Shown: positions 1-8,715 of the stretch, in pieces
Numbering within the stretch: position 1 is the first letter of the stretch
Layout of the letters: the number at the start of each line of letters is the position of its first letter
Made by a program: the position numbers and the translations under genes
The notes under the pieces: model-generated
What the model was told of the DNA's origin: nothing
What the model saw: the letters and a program-made list of their open reading frames with translations, nothing else
The model's database searches: none
Assembly: GCA_030536665.1 (NCBI GenBank)
Contig: JAUNPO010000003.1
Coordinates: 1-32,325 of the forward strand
Source: Pseudomonadota bacterium
GTDB lineage: Bacteria > Pseudomonadota > Alphaproteobacteria > RF32 > CAG-239
DNA: 32,325 nt
Reading direction: 5' to 3'

Positions 1-104
1 TCCACCCGAGAGTGGAATTATTGACTTTAGGGGTGTTTTCTAGACACCACAGACAGAACGCCTGTCTGTATTTTTAGTATAGCGGGGGAGAGAGGGAATG
101 TAAA
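1..104 (-). promoter_or_regulatory. Promoter plus 5' (target) half of a C4-like structured leader, truncated by the window edge
   Basis: Minus strand: TTTACA(104-99)-17bp-TATACT(81-76), then hairpin ACAGACAG/CTGTCTGT, hairpin GGTGT-CTAGAAA-ACACC, TAAAGT, small hairpin TCCAC/GTGGA. Same element order as the leaders at 14707 and 23694. Confidence 0.6.
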
Positions 105-366
105 GGAGATTTTTTTTAGGTATAAAAGTTAAATTATCCCGTGGGGAAAAATAATTTTTATTTTGCTTGCTATTTAATTTATTTAGCTTACTATAATAAA
201 TGAATAGCGCAGCTCTGTGGTTTATGAGTTTTTTTTATTTATCTAATTATCTGAATAATCTAGCCTTAAATAAGATACCCCCACAATGAGAAAGATGTTA
301 TTTCGTTGCTTGATGTTTTGCGTTAAGTTAACGTTGTTACAACCTGTTATATAAGGATTTAATACA

Positions 367-570
367 ATGGCAACAGGAACAGTTAAATGGTTTAACTCTA
401 AAAAAGGTTATGGATTTATCCAGCCTGACAACGGTGGGGCAGATGTTTTTGTTCACATCTCAGCGGTTGAAAAAGCCGGCATGAGAAGCCTGAATGAAAA
501 TGAGAAAGTATCTTATGAGTTGATTACCGAAAAAGGCAAGACTTCAGCCGGAAATCTGAAGTTGGCCTAA
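367..570 (+). CDS. cspA: Cold-shock protein (CspA family)
   Basis: GTVKWFN, KGYGFI (RNP1) and VFVHISA (RNP2) motifs; AAGGA RBS. Confidence 0.95.
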   Translation: MATGTVKWFNSKKGYGFIQPDNGGADVFVHISAVEKAGMRSLNENEKVSYELITEKGKTSAGNLKLA

Positions 571-593
571 TTAGGGCAATTTTAACTAAAAGG

Positions 594-626
594 AAAGTAT
601 CTTGTTACGGCAAGATACTTTTTTTG
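594..626 (+). terminator. Intrinsic terminator after cspA
   Basis: AAAGTATCTTG-ttacgg-CAAGATACTTT hairpin followed by a T-run. Confidence 0.75.
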
Positions 627-639
627 TAAGGAATGTTTT

Positions 640-1236
640 ATGTTTGATGAGCGAATCAGGGAAGAAGATTATTTGCGCGAGCCTTTTGACGCGGCTCGGG
701 AAGTTTTGCTTGGCGCTTATTTATGCCGCCGCTTGCCGACGGGAGAAGTTTTGGTCGGAAAAATTACCGAGCTGGAAGTTTATATCGGGGCGGAAGACAA
801 GGCCTGTCATGCTTATTTAAACCGCAAAACCAAGCGCAATGCCGTTATGTTTGAGAAAGGCGGCGTGGCTTATGTTTTCTTTGTTTACGGGATGTATAAC
901 CAGTTTAATGTCGTGGTCAGCGGCGCAGGCGAGGCCAACGCCATACTCATCCGCAGTCTTGAACCGGTTGCCGGCATTGATGTCATGAAGCGCCTGCGCA
1001 AGTGTGACAAGCTTGAGAACCTGACGACCGGACCGGGAAAACTTTGTCAGGCTTTGGCGATTGACCGTAGCCTGAACGGCGCCGATTTGTCCGGAGATGA
1101 GGTTTGGTTGTCGCCCAAAACCGAGGCCTGCGTTTGTGTTGCCGTACCGCGGGTCGGAATTGATTATGCCGAGGAATATAAGGACAAACCGTGGCGTTAT
1201 TATATTAAAGGGTCGAAATTTATCAGCAAAAAATAA
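640..1236 (+). CDS. mpg: DNA-3-methyladenine glycosylase (MPG/AAG family)
   Basis: ITELEVY..AEDKACHAY, YVFFVYGMY, AILIRSLEP, GPGKLCQAL, RVGID..PWRY motifs. Confidence 0.92.
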   Translation: MFDERIREEDYLREPFDAAREVLLGAYLCRRLPTGEVLVGKITELEVYIGAEDKACHAYLNRKTKRNAVMFEKGGVAYVFFVYGMYNQFNVVVSGAGEANAILIRSLEPVAGIDVMKRLRKCDKLENLTTGPGKLCQALAIDRSLNGADLSGDEVWLSPKTEACVCVAVPRVGIDYAEEYKDKPWRYYIKGSKFISKK

Positions 1237-1237
1237 A

Positions 1238-1265
1238 TTGACTTTCAGCAAAGTAAGGTTAGAAT
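1238..1265 (+). promoter_or_regulatory. Sigma70-type promoter of the 1311 ORF
   Basis: TTGACT-16bp-TAGAAT immediately after the mpg stop codon. Confidence 0.6.
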
Positions 1266-1310
1266 AGCCTGAAAATTAATTTTTATGTCTAATTTATAAA
1301 TTTTACAATT

Positions 1311-1988
1311 ATGAGTGTTTATTTGACTGTCGGACGTCATGCCGCTTATGAAATGATGTCTGCTTTTCCGATTACGTCTTTCGGTATTGCTGATACCGGT
1401 CTGCTTTGTCCGCTGTTGGTTCGTCAGGCTAAAAAGGTTGATGCGATTTTTTATTCCCCGACGCCACGTTGTGCAGCGACGGCTCAGGTAATTTCACTGA
1501 TGACCGATTGCACGCTGTTGTTTAAGGACAATCGTCTTTGCGAAGGGGCAACAAAAAAAGACAGCCGCGCTTTTTATGAAGAAGTTGTTCAAAAGGCGCA
1601 GGAAAATAACTGGGAGCATATTCATGTGGTGACGCATCTTTATAATGTCAATGAGATGTTATATGATGATACGCGGTGTATGCCGGACGTGGAATACAGC
1701 CGCTGGGTTGTGCGTCAGGCCGATTGCTGGGAAGATATGCTCAAGCCGCGGGGATTTGTTGATGTTCCGCCGCAATACAGAGCCGAGTGTCTGAAACTTA
1801 TCGGCATTAATGACCGTTTTAGCAAAAGAGAGGCCATGTGGAAAGCCGGTATTGATGATGAAGCCGATTATGACCGTTCATTGTCTTTGGCTGCTAAGGT
1901 TTTGGATATAATGGACATGAAACTGGCTTTTGATGAAACGGTTGATGAGATTTTGGCGCATGTCAAAAGAAGCATAGAACAGGTGTAA
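1311..1988 (+). CDS. Divergent histidine phosphatase superfamily (SixA/PGM-like) protein
   Basis: N-terminal VGRHA, YSPTPRCAATAQ (SPxxRAxQTA-like), RLCE and VVTH motifs; C-terminal half unrecognised. Confidence 0.65.
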   Translation: MSVYLTVGRHAAYEMMSAFPITSFGIADTGLLCPLLVRQAKKVDAIFYSPTPRCAATAQVISLMTDCTLLFKDNRLCEGATKKDSRAFYEEVVQKAQENNWEHIHVVTHLYNVNEMLYDDTRCMPDVEYSRWVVRQADCWEDMLKPRGFVDVPPQYRAECLKLIGINDRFSKREAMWKAGIDDEADYDRSLSLAAKVLDIMDMKLAFDETVDEILAHVKRSIEQV

Positions 1989-1992
1989 ACGT

Positions 1993-2024
1993 AAAAAGAG
2001 CAGGGGGATGACCTCTGCTTTTTT
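1993..2024 (+). terminator. Intrinsic terminator
   Basis: AGCAGGGG-gatga-CCTCTGCT hairpin with T-run. Confidence 0.7.
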
Positions 2025-2056
2025 GTTGTTTGGGGTGGTAAAAAATGGGAAAGTCA

Positions 2057-2200
2057 GCGGAGAGGCAGAGATTGACCTTCGGCTTTTATAAAAAGCCTTG
2101 GCCGCTGCGTCCTCGTTCGGCTTTGCCTCAGCGGCATACTCGCGTCTGCCTCTCGTCCTTGTCGAACTCTTTCTCCCAGAGTTCAAATCCAGCTCTCCTC
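2057..2200. repeat. tRNA-linked repeat: split copy of the tRNA-Ser 3' end plus an inverted T-arm copy
   Basis: 2057-2073 equals 2243-2259; CGAACTCT resumes at 2163-2170 after an 89-bp insert; 2173-2189 is a 16/17 inverted copy of 2256-2272. Confidence 0.8.
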
Positions 2201-2203
2201 ATC

Positions 2204-2240
2204 AATTAAAAAAACGCCCGCAAGGGGCGTTTCTTTTAAT
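2204..2240 (-). terminator. Terminator downstream of tRNA-Ser(UGA)
   Basis: AAACGCCC-gcaag-GGGCGTTT hairpin flanked by A/T runs. Confidence 0.75.
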
Positions 2241-2330
2241 TGGCGGAGAGGCAGAGATTCGAACTCTGGGAGGGCTCGCACCCTCGACGGTTTTCAAGAC
2301 CGCTGCATTAAACCACTCTGCCACCTCTCC
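2241..2330 (-). tRNA. tRNA-Ser (anticodon UGA)
   Basis: GGAGAGGTGGCAGAGTGGTTTAATGCAGCGGTCTTGAAAACCGTC...GTTCGAATCTCTGCCTCTCCGCCA; long variable arm, encoded CCA. Confidence 0.97.
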
Positions 2331-2466
2331 ATGGGTTTGTGATATTGTATTTACGAGAAACTTTTACTCAAATATCTTATAAAGGTCAAGAACTTTTTTA
2401 TATAATTTGTATTTTTTTGAAAACGGCGGAATTTGAAAGGCTAAATACCGGAAATTTTTATAAAGA

Positions 2467-2503
2467 AAAACACTCGCGGCATTCGAACATGCGGCGAGTG
2501 TTT
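2467..2503 (-). terminator. Terminator of the 2543-2917 ORF
   Basis: AAACACTCGC...GCGAGTGTTT hairpin. Confidence 0.6.
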
Positions 2504-2542
2504 GATTGTGTTTTTAGTCTTTAAGGTAAAAAGATTGGCAGG

Positions 2543-2917
2543 TTAAATTTTTTTGTTGGCGGGGGCTTTCTTGGCGGAAACATAATGGTAAACACCGTTT
2601 ATCTGGCGTTCCACATATTTCATGCCATTTAGCTCAAGTTCACTGATGTTGGTGAACAAGCAGTCACATCTGTCAACTTCTGCGCTCTTTTTGTTTTTTA
2701 AGTCGCGGATGGTAACTGTTGATTTGGTGATGTCGGTTGCCCAAACAATGTAAGGAACGCCTTTCTTGAATTGTCCGATTTGATTGTGTTTGTTGTGTTT
2801 CGGACCGCCGTTTGGATTGATAACAACGGTGTATATTCTTTCAAAGGGCGTCTTAGTTTTGTTTGCAACGTAGTCAGCACTCAGTTTCTCACTCGCGATT
2901 TTTGCATTCTTACACAT
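2543..2917 (-). CDS. Hypothetical basic protein (~124 aa)
   Basis: ORF from ATG 2917 with its own TTGACA...TGtTATGTT promoter and terminator; no recognised domain. Confidence 0.6.
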   Translation of the reverse strand: MCKNAKIASEKLSADYVANKTKTPFERIYTVVINPNGGPKHNKHNQIGQFKKGVPYIVWATDITKSTVTIRDLKNKKSAEVDRCDCLFTNISELELNGMKYVERQINGVYHYVSAKKAPANKKI

Positions 2918-3295
2918 AAGATATGAATTTAAATTGTTAATAATAAAGAAAATTGTAATTTTATGAAAACAACATAACACAGTCTATTGACAAATGTCAA
3001 GTATAAAATGAAAAATTTGTCTAATTTATTCTTAAAGTATGATATTTCAATGATTTATCTGTCAATTTTAATGAAAATCGAGAGAGCGTGAATGGGAAAA
3101 ACAGAGTGTTTGATGGCAATTTGGGGAGGGGGAGGCCTCTGTTTGCGCGACTCCGGCTGGCGTTTGTGGTTTATATGAGGGAAACTTTAGTATTGATGCA
3201 GAGAGAATGAAAAATTTTTGATATAAGCGATTATCTTTATTTTTAATTATCATTTTTTATGTGGCAAAGTAAAAGGAAATGCTTTTTTGTAAAGG

Positions 3296-3336
3296 AAAAC
3301 CCAAGCTTTTCTTTGGGAGAAAATAGCTTGGGTTTA
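3296..3336 (-). terminator. recA terminator
   Basis: AAACCCAAGCT...AGCTTGGGTTT hairpin just past the recA stop. Confidence 0.75.
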
Positions 3337-3357
3337 CTTAAAAACAAAGAATGTCTT

Positions 3358-4386
3358 TTATTCCGCGTCGGCGGCAGGTTCTTCATCACCGATCATTTCC
3401 GTGGTGAGGTGTCCGGCATCAGCACGGATTTTGTTTTCGATTTCATCGGCAATCTGCGGATGTTCTCTCAGGAAAATCTTGGCGTTTTCACGTCCCTGAC
3501 CAATTTTGTCGCCTTTGTAGGAGAACCAGGCGCCGGCTTTTTCAACAATACCGGCTTTGACGCCAAGGTCGAGCAATTCTCCGGTTTTGGAAATTCCTTC
3601 GCCGTACATGATGTCAAAATCAACAACTTTGAACGGCGGGGCAACCTTATTTTTGACAATCTTAACGCGGGTCTGGCTGCCGATAACGTCTTCTTTGTCT
3701 TTGATAGCGCCGGTGCGACGGATGTCCATGCGGACGGAAGCATAGAATTTCAACGCATTACCGCCGGTTGTCGTTTCCGGGTTGCCAAACATGACACCGA
3801 TTTTCATACGAATCTGGTTGATGAAGATAATCAGCGTATTGGAGCGGGAAACCGTGGAGGTCAGTTTGCGCAGTGCCTGGCTCATCAGGCGGGCTTGCAG
3901 ACCCATGTGAGAATCGCCCATTTCGCCTTCAAGTTCGGCTTTCGGCACCAGGGCGGCGACAGAGTCGACAACCAAAACATCGATGGCGCCGGAGCGTACC
4001 AAGGTGTCGGCAATTTCCAGAGCCTGTTCGCCGGCATCCGGCTGAGAAATCAGCAGGCTGTCAATGTCTACGCCGATTTTCTTGGCATAAGCCGGGTCAA
4101 GCGCGTGTTCGGCGTCGATAAAAGCACAGGTTCCGCCTTTTTTCTGCGCCTGAGCAATGACGCTCAGGGCGAGGGTGGTTTTACCGGAACTTTCCGGCCC
4201 GAAGATTTCGATGATACGGCCTTTGGGCAGACCGCCGATGCCTAAGGCGATGTCAATGCCGAGAGAACCGGTTGAAATAGCTTCAATGTCAATATTGGAC
4301 TGCTGTCCGAGCCGCATAATCGAACCTTTGCCGAAGGCGCGTTCGATTTGGCTGAGGGCGGCGTCGAGGGCTTTATCTTTTTCCAT
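3358..4386 (-). CDS. recA: Recombinase RecA
   Basis: GPESSGKTT Walker [27 protein letters not shown]; start assigned to MEKDKALD (ATG 4386). Confidence 0.99.
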   Translation of the reverse strand: MEKDKALDAALSQIERAFGKGSIMRLGQQSNIDIEAISTGSLGIDIALGIGGLPKGRIIEIFGPESSGKTTLALSVIAQAQKKGGTCAFIDAEHALDPAYAKKIGVDIDSLLISQPDAGEQALEIADTLVRSGAIDVLVVDSVAALVPKAELEGEMGDSHMGLQARLMSQALRKLTSTVSRSNTLIIFINQIRMKIGVMFGNPETTTGGNALKFYASVRMDIRRTGAIKDKEDVIGSQTRVKIVKNKVAPPFKVVDFDIMYGEGISKTGELLDLGVKAGIVEKAGAWFSYKGDKIGQGRENAKIFLREHPQIADEIENKIRADAGHLTTEMIGDEEPAADAE

Positions 4387-4484
4387 TACAGTTTCTTTCT
4401 TCTCAAAAAAATTAGTTACATACTTATTTATCCACTTCCGGCGCAAAAACGCAATCGGTGTATCGGATTTATCCTATGAAAAAG

Positions 4485-4513
4485 ATAATGTACTAATTTT
4501 GTTCTTTTTGCAA
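4485..4513 (-). promoter_or_regulatory. recA promoter with alphaproteobacterial LexA (SOS) box
   Basis: Minus strand TTGCAA-17bp-CATTAT with GAAC-N7-GTAC (4504-4490) in the spacer. Confidence 0.75.
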
Positions 4514-5431
4514 GAGTTTTTTACGGCTCGGGTGATTTTTTACAAAATCGCGTTTTTCAGGGTCATTCAGGACAATGCTTTTTTTGAGGCTGCGGCGGTC
4601 CATATCCTGAAAATCATCAAGCGCAGCGGTGACAACAGCGCCGAAAATAACCACCGACCAGGCGGAATACATCCAGACCAGAAAGATGGGGATGATTGCC
4701 AGAGCGCCGTATAGAGTCTGGTAGGCGGCACTGGCCTGTACCGTCATACCGAAACATTTGCGCAAAACGGCAAACAACAGCATGGCTATCAGCGCGCCGC
4801 AGGCCGCATTGGTAAAACGGACTTTTTTGTTGGGAACGAAAATGTAGATAATCATAAGAACGATGATTGTCATCAATGCCGGCAGCATCATGCTCAGCAG
4901 AATGCTGGCATCAATATTTTCCGCCGACAGGCCGGGCAGGGCAAAGAAATAGCTGCGGATTGAAAAAGCGGCGCCGAGCAGCAGCGGCCCGAGGGTGATG
5001 ACTGTCCAGTAAAGGGTGATTTTGGTGGTGACGTGACGGGGACGCGAAACACGGAAGATGAAGTTGAAGCTGTTTTCAATGGTGGAGAGCAGCATAATCG
5101 AGGTGACGACGATACTGATGACGCCGATGGTTGTCAAGCCGGCGGACGCCTTGAGAAAGTCGGCAAAATATGCGCTGACTTCGTTGCCGAGAGTCGGCGC
5201 CAGATTGCGGAGGAGCATTTCCTGAATCTGGTCGCGGATGCTTTCAAAAGCCGGAAAGGCCGAGAAGATGGACAGGCCGATGGCAAACAGCGGGACAATG
5301 GCTATCAGCGAGGTGTAGCTCAGGGAGGCGGCGACGCGGAAAATTGTGTCATTGCGGGCGCGGCGAATCAGAAAATATGAAAATTCGCTGATTGTATGAA
5401 GGGCATTTTCTGCTTTTATTTTAAATGACAT
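4493..5431 (-). CDS. yihY: YihY/virulence factor BrkB family inner membrane protein
   Basis: AASLSYTSLIAIVP, TIENSFNFIFRV, YWTVITLGP, YGALAIIPIFLVWMY motifs; several TM helices. Confidence 0.9.
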   Translation of the reverse strand: MSFKIKAENALHTISEFSYFLIRRARNDTIFRVAASLSYTSLIAIVPLFAIGLSIFSAFPAFESIRDQIQEMLLRNLAPTLGNEVSAYFADFLKASAGLTTIGVISIVVTSIMLLSTIENSFNFIFRVSRPRHVTTKITLYWTVITLGPLLLGAAFSIRSYFFALPGLSAENIDASILLSMMLPALMTIIVLMIIYIFVPNKKVRFTNAACGALIAMLLFAVLRKCFGMTVQASAAYQTLYGALAIIPIFLVWMYSAWSVVIFGAVVTAALDDFQDMDRRSLKKSIVLNDPEKRDFVKNHPSRKKLLQKEQN

Positions 5432-5542
5432 ATGCAACTCTCAAAAAAAAAATTGTTTACAAATTTATCGAAATTCTATAATAAGAATGTAACATTAATT
5501 GTAAACTTATTATATATTTTTTTAAAAGCAAAGGAAAATATT

Positions 5543-6373
5543 ATGACAACAGCCTCTTCTTTAATGGCAGGTAAAAAAGGCCTGATTATGGGTCTGGCAA
5601 ACGATAAGTCAATTGCATGGGGCATTGCCCAGGCATTGAACGCCCAAGGCGCGCAGATTGCGATTTCCTATCAGGGCGAAGCTTTGGAAAAAAGAGTAAG
5701 ACCGCTGGCCGAACAGTTGGACTTTCCGCCGATGCTGATTAAATGTGACGTTACCGACTCTGCCAGCGTCGAAGCCTGCTTTAAAGAGCTGGGTGAAAAA
5801 TGGGGCAAGATTGACTTTGTCGTTCATGCCATTGCTTTCTCTGATAAAAACGAACTCAAAGGCCGGACGATTGATACGACTCTGCCGAACTTCCTTAATA
5901 CGATGCATATTTCCTGCTATTCTTTCCTGGAAGCCTGCAGATGCGCTTCTCCGATTATGAATGACGGCGGTTCTATTGTTACATTGACATACCTCGGCGG
6001 TGAGAGAACTTTGCCTAACTATAATATTATGGGCGTTGCCAAAGCCGCTTTGGATGCCGCTATCCGCTATGCTGCCGTTGATCTCGGCAAACAGGGTGTC
6101 CGCGTTAACGGCATTTCCGCCGGCCCGATTAAGACTCTGGCTGCTTCCGGTATCGGCGATTTTCGTAAGATTTTACGTTGGAACGAACTCAACGCGCCGT
6201 TGAAACGCAATGTGACGCAGGATGAAGTCGGCGCTGCCGCTCTGGCATTGTTGTCGCCGCTCGGCGCTGCCATTACCGGTGAAGTTTTGCATGTTGATGC
6301 CGGTTATCATTCAATCGGTATGGTTGCTTTGGATAATGCTCACGAATCCGGTCAGGTTTTGATGGATTTCTAA
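5543..6373 (+). CDS. fabI: Enoyl-ACP reductase FabI
   Basis: KKGLIMGLANDKSIAWGIA, YNIMGVAKAAL, ISAGPIKTLA; AAGGA RBS before ATG 5543. Confidence 0.97.
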   Translation: MTTASSLMAGKKGLIMGLANDKSIAWGIAQALNAQGAQIAISYQGEALEKRVRPLAEQLDFPPMLIKCDVTDSASVEACFKELGEKWGKIDFVVHAIAFSDKNELKGRTIDTTLPNFLNTMHISCYSFLEACRCASPIMNDGGSIVTLTYLGGERTLPNYNIMGVAKAALDAAIRYAAVDLGKQGVRVNGISAGPIKTLAASGIGDFRKILRWNELNAPLKRNVTQDEVGAAALALLSPLGAAITGEVLHVDAGYHSIGMVALDNAHESGQVLMDF

Positions 6374-6471
6374 ACTCCGGTTTGGAATTTTGAGCAAATA
6401 AACAGTGTCTGACCGCCGGCCGATTATCCCCGGCGGTTTTGCCGTGAAAAACAGAACAGAGGTTGAAACGT

Positions 6472-8280
6472 ATGGAAAATAATGCGCTTCCGAGTGAAGA
6501 AAGAAAAGGTTATTGGGGCGATGTCCTGAAAAAGGTTGTTATGTATACGCTGGCGGTCATCGGCTTGCTTGCCGTGTGGCTTGGTTGGCTGATTTACAGT
6601 TATTTCAGCAATGAGCGGGATTACTTTGTCGAAGTGCCGGATAAAATTCTGCTGACGATTAATTTTGACGCCCCGATTAATGAAATCAGAAGCGAAGATT
6701 TGTTTGGCGAATTTTCCGGCCGGCCGCAACTTTCCTTTTATGATTTAATTTCACTTATCCGGCAGGCGCGGTTAGACCCTAAAGTCAAGGCTATTGCCGC
6801 CAATGTCAGCGTGTCCGGTCTTGGCATGGCACAGATTCAGGAACTTAAGAATGAAATCCAATCTTTTAAGTTATCGGGCAAGCGAGCTTATATTTATTCT
6901 GACGGTTTTGGCGCTATGGGCGGCGGTACCAACGAATATTATCTGGCAACCGGTTTTAATGAAATTTCACTGATGCCAAACTCGGAGGTCGGCATTACCG
7001 GCGTGGCCATGGAAGTTCCGTTTTTCCGTGACGTTTTGGACAAGGTCGGTATAGAACCTGAATTTTATGCTCGCTACGAATATAAGAGCGGGGCGGCGCC
7101 GCTGACGGACAGCAAAATGAGCAAGGAGTTTCGCTCGGAAATGACTAAGCTGGCAGAAGTGATGCATATGGTTTTCACGATGGATGCCAGCAATATGCGC
7201 CATATTCCGGAAGAAAAGTTGATTGAGATGGTTAACCGGGCGCCGATTTTTTCAGAAGAAGCTTTTAAGCAGCGTTTGGTCGACCATCTGGAATTCAAAA
7301 CTGATTATATCCGCCGTTTGGAACGAGATGTTGATGCCAAGGTGCTCAGTGCCTCCGATTATTATAGCGTTATCTCTGACAAGAAAAAGACGTCTTCTCA
7401 GCATGGAAAAATTGCCTATATGGTGATTGAGGGGACAATTACCGGCGGCGAGAGCAATCTTGATCCTTGGAACGGCGAACTGACGACCGGGTCGGACACG
7501 TTTCTGCGCGATCTTTATGAAGTGGAAAAGGAACCGCTGCTTAAGGGGCTGATTCTGCGAATTAATTCTCCGGGCGGCAGCTATACGGCATCAAACGAAA
7601 TTCGCAATGCTATCGTGAAATTTAAGGAAAAACACAATATTCCCGTCGTCGTATCAATGGGCAATTATGCGGCTTCCGGCGGCTATTTTGTGGCTTTGGC
7701 CGGGGATAAGAGCTTTGCCGGCATGACGACAATTACCGGTTCTATCGGCGTGTTTGGCGGCAAGATGGTTCTGGCCGGATTATGGGAGAAGCTCGGCGTT
7801 AACTGGGGGAATATCTATATCGGCGACAATGCCGGGATTATGAGCGCCAACCATAAGTTTACGCCGCGGGAGGCTGAGATATTTAACGCTTCGCTTGACA
7901 ATGTTTACAAAGACTTTACCGCTAAGGCGGCGCAAGCGCGCAATATGTCGCTTGAGGAAATGGACAAGCTGGCACGGGGCAGGGTGTTCAGCGGGGTCGA
8001 TGCAGTTCGTTTGGGGCTGGTTGATGAAATCGGCGGAATTGATGACGCGGCTGATTGGCTCTATAAGGAACTCAAAGACGAAAAACGCCTTGCCAATGTC
8101 GTTGTTTATTATCCGCGGGAAAAGAATTTTCAGCAAAAGCTGTCTGAGTTAATCGGCGGTTCTCAGAAAATATCTGTTAATAAGGCGGTTAAAGAGATGG
8201 GCTTTGACGTCAATGATATTAGAATGCTGAACAGACTGCAATATGAAACGGTGCTTCCGCCGTTCAAAATCAACTACTAG
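6472..8280 (+). CDS. sppA: Signal peptide peptidase SppA (protease IV, long form)
   Basis: N-terminal TM, EYKSG, LRINSPGGS, SMGNYAASGGY, ITGSIGV, GRVFSG motifs. Confidence 0.92.
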   Translation: MENNALPSEERKGYWGDVLKKVVMYTLAVIGLLAVWLGWLIYSYFSNERDYFVEVPDKILLTINFDAPINEIRSEDLFGEFSGRPQLSFYDLISLIRQARLDPKVKAIAANVSVSGLGMAQIQELKNEIQSFKLSGKRAYIYSDGFGAMGGGTNEYYLATGFNEISLMPNSEVGITGVAMEVPFFRDVLDKVGIEPEFYARYEYKSGAAPLTDSKMSKEFRSEMTKLAEVMHMVFTMDASNMRHIPEEKLIEMVNRAPIFSEEAFKQRLVDHLEFKTDYIRRLERDVDAKVLSASDYYSVISDKKKTSSQHGKIAYMVIEGTITGGESNLDPWNGELTTGSDTFLRDLYEVEKEPLLKGLILRINSPGGSYTASNEIRNAIVKFKEKHNIPVVVSMGNYAASGGYFVALAGDKSFAGMTTITGSIGVFGGKMVLAGLWEKLGVNWGNIYIGDNAGIMSANHKFTPREAEIFNASLDNVYKDFTAKAAQARNMSLEEMDKLARGRVFSGVDAVRLGLVDEIGGIDDAADWLYKELKDEKRLANVVVYYPREKNFQQKLSELIGGSQKISVNKAVKEMGFDVNDIRMLNRLQYETVLPPFKINY

Positions 8281-8298
8281 AAAAGAGGTAAGCAAATT

Positions 8299-8586
8299 AT
8301 GGCTGTAGATACAGATACCGTAAAACGCATTGCTTTCTTGTCGCGTCTTAAGGTTGACGCCGATAAGATTGATGAAACCAAAGACGAGTTTAACAATATT
8401 CTCAATTGGGTGGAGCAGCTGAACGAAGTTGACACCGAAACCGTCGAGCCCTTGGAAACGGTTAACAATTTCACCCTTTCTCTGCGCGCGGATGAAATTA
8501 CCGACGGCAATCAGCGCGATGCCGTTCTCTTTAATGCGCCGTCGGCGGAGTATGGGTATTATGTGGTTCCCAAAGTCGTAGAATAA
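8299..8586 (+). CDS. gatC: Asp/Glu-tRNA amidotransferase subunit C
   Basis: TVKRIAFLSRL...EQLNEVDT...VPKVVE; lies upstream of gatA. Confidence 0.96.
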   Translation: MAVDTDTVKRIAFLSRLKVDADKIDETKDEFNNILNWVEQLNEVDTETVEPLETVNNFTLSLRADEITDGNQRDAVLFNAPSAEYGYYVVPKVVE

Positions 8587-8714
8587 AGGTGAATGTGTAT
8601 AATGGGTTTCTAATACAGATTTTGCGGGTCGGCGAAATGCTCATGTACTACTGTGTACACTCCGCTTTCGTCGCTCTGAAATCTTATTATAAACCTCATT
8701 CTCCACATTCACTT
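8587..8714. repeat. ~130-bp palindromic element (RPE-like), copy 1
   Basis: AGGTGAATGTG...CACATTCACTT arms; core GCTCATGTAC-tactgt-GTACACTCCGC. Confidence 0.75.
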
Positions 8715-8715
8715 A

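Noticed and set aside
2098-2382. 94-aa ORF
   Set aside because: Overlaps the tRNA-Ser gene, its terminator and the tRNA-linked repeat
3259-4245. 328-aa plus-strand ORF
   Set aside because: Antisense shadow of recA with no independent motifs
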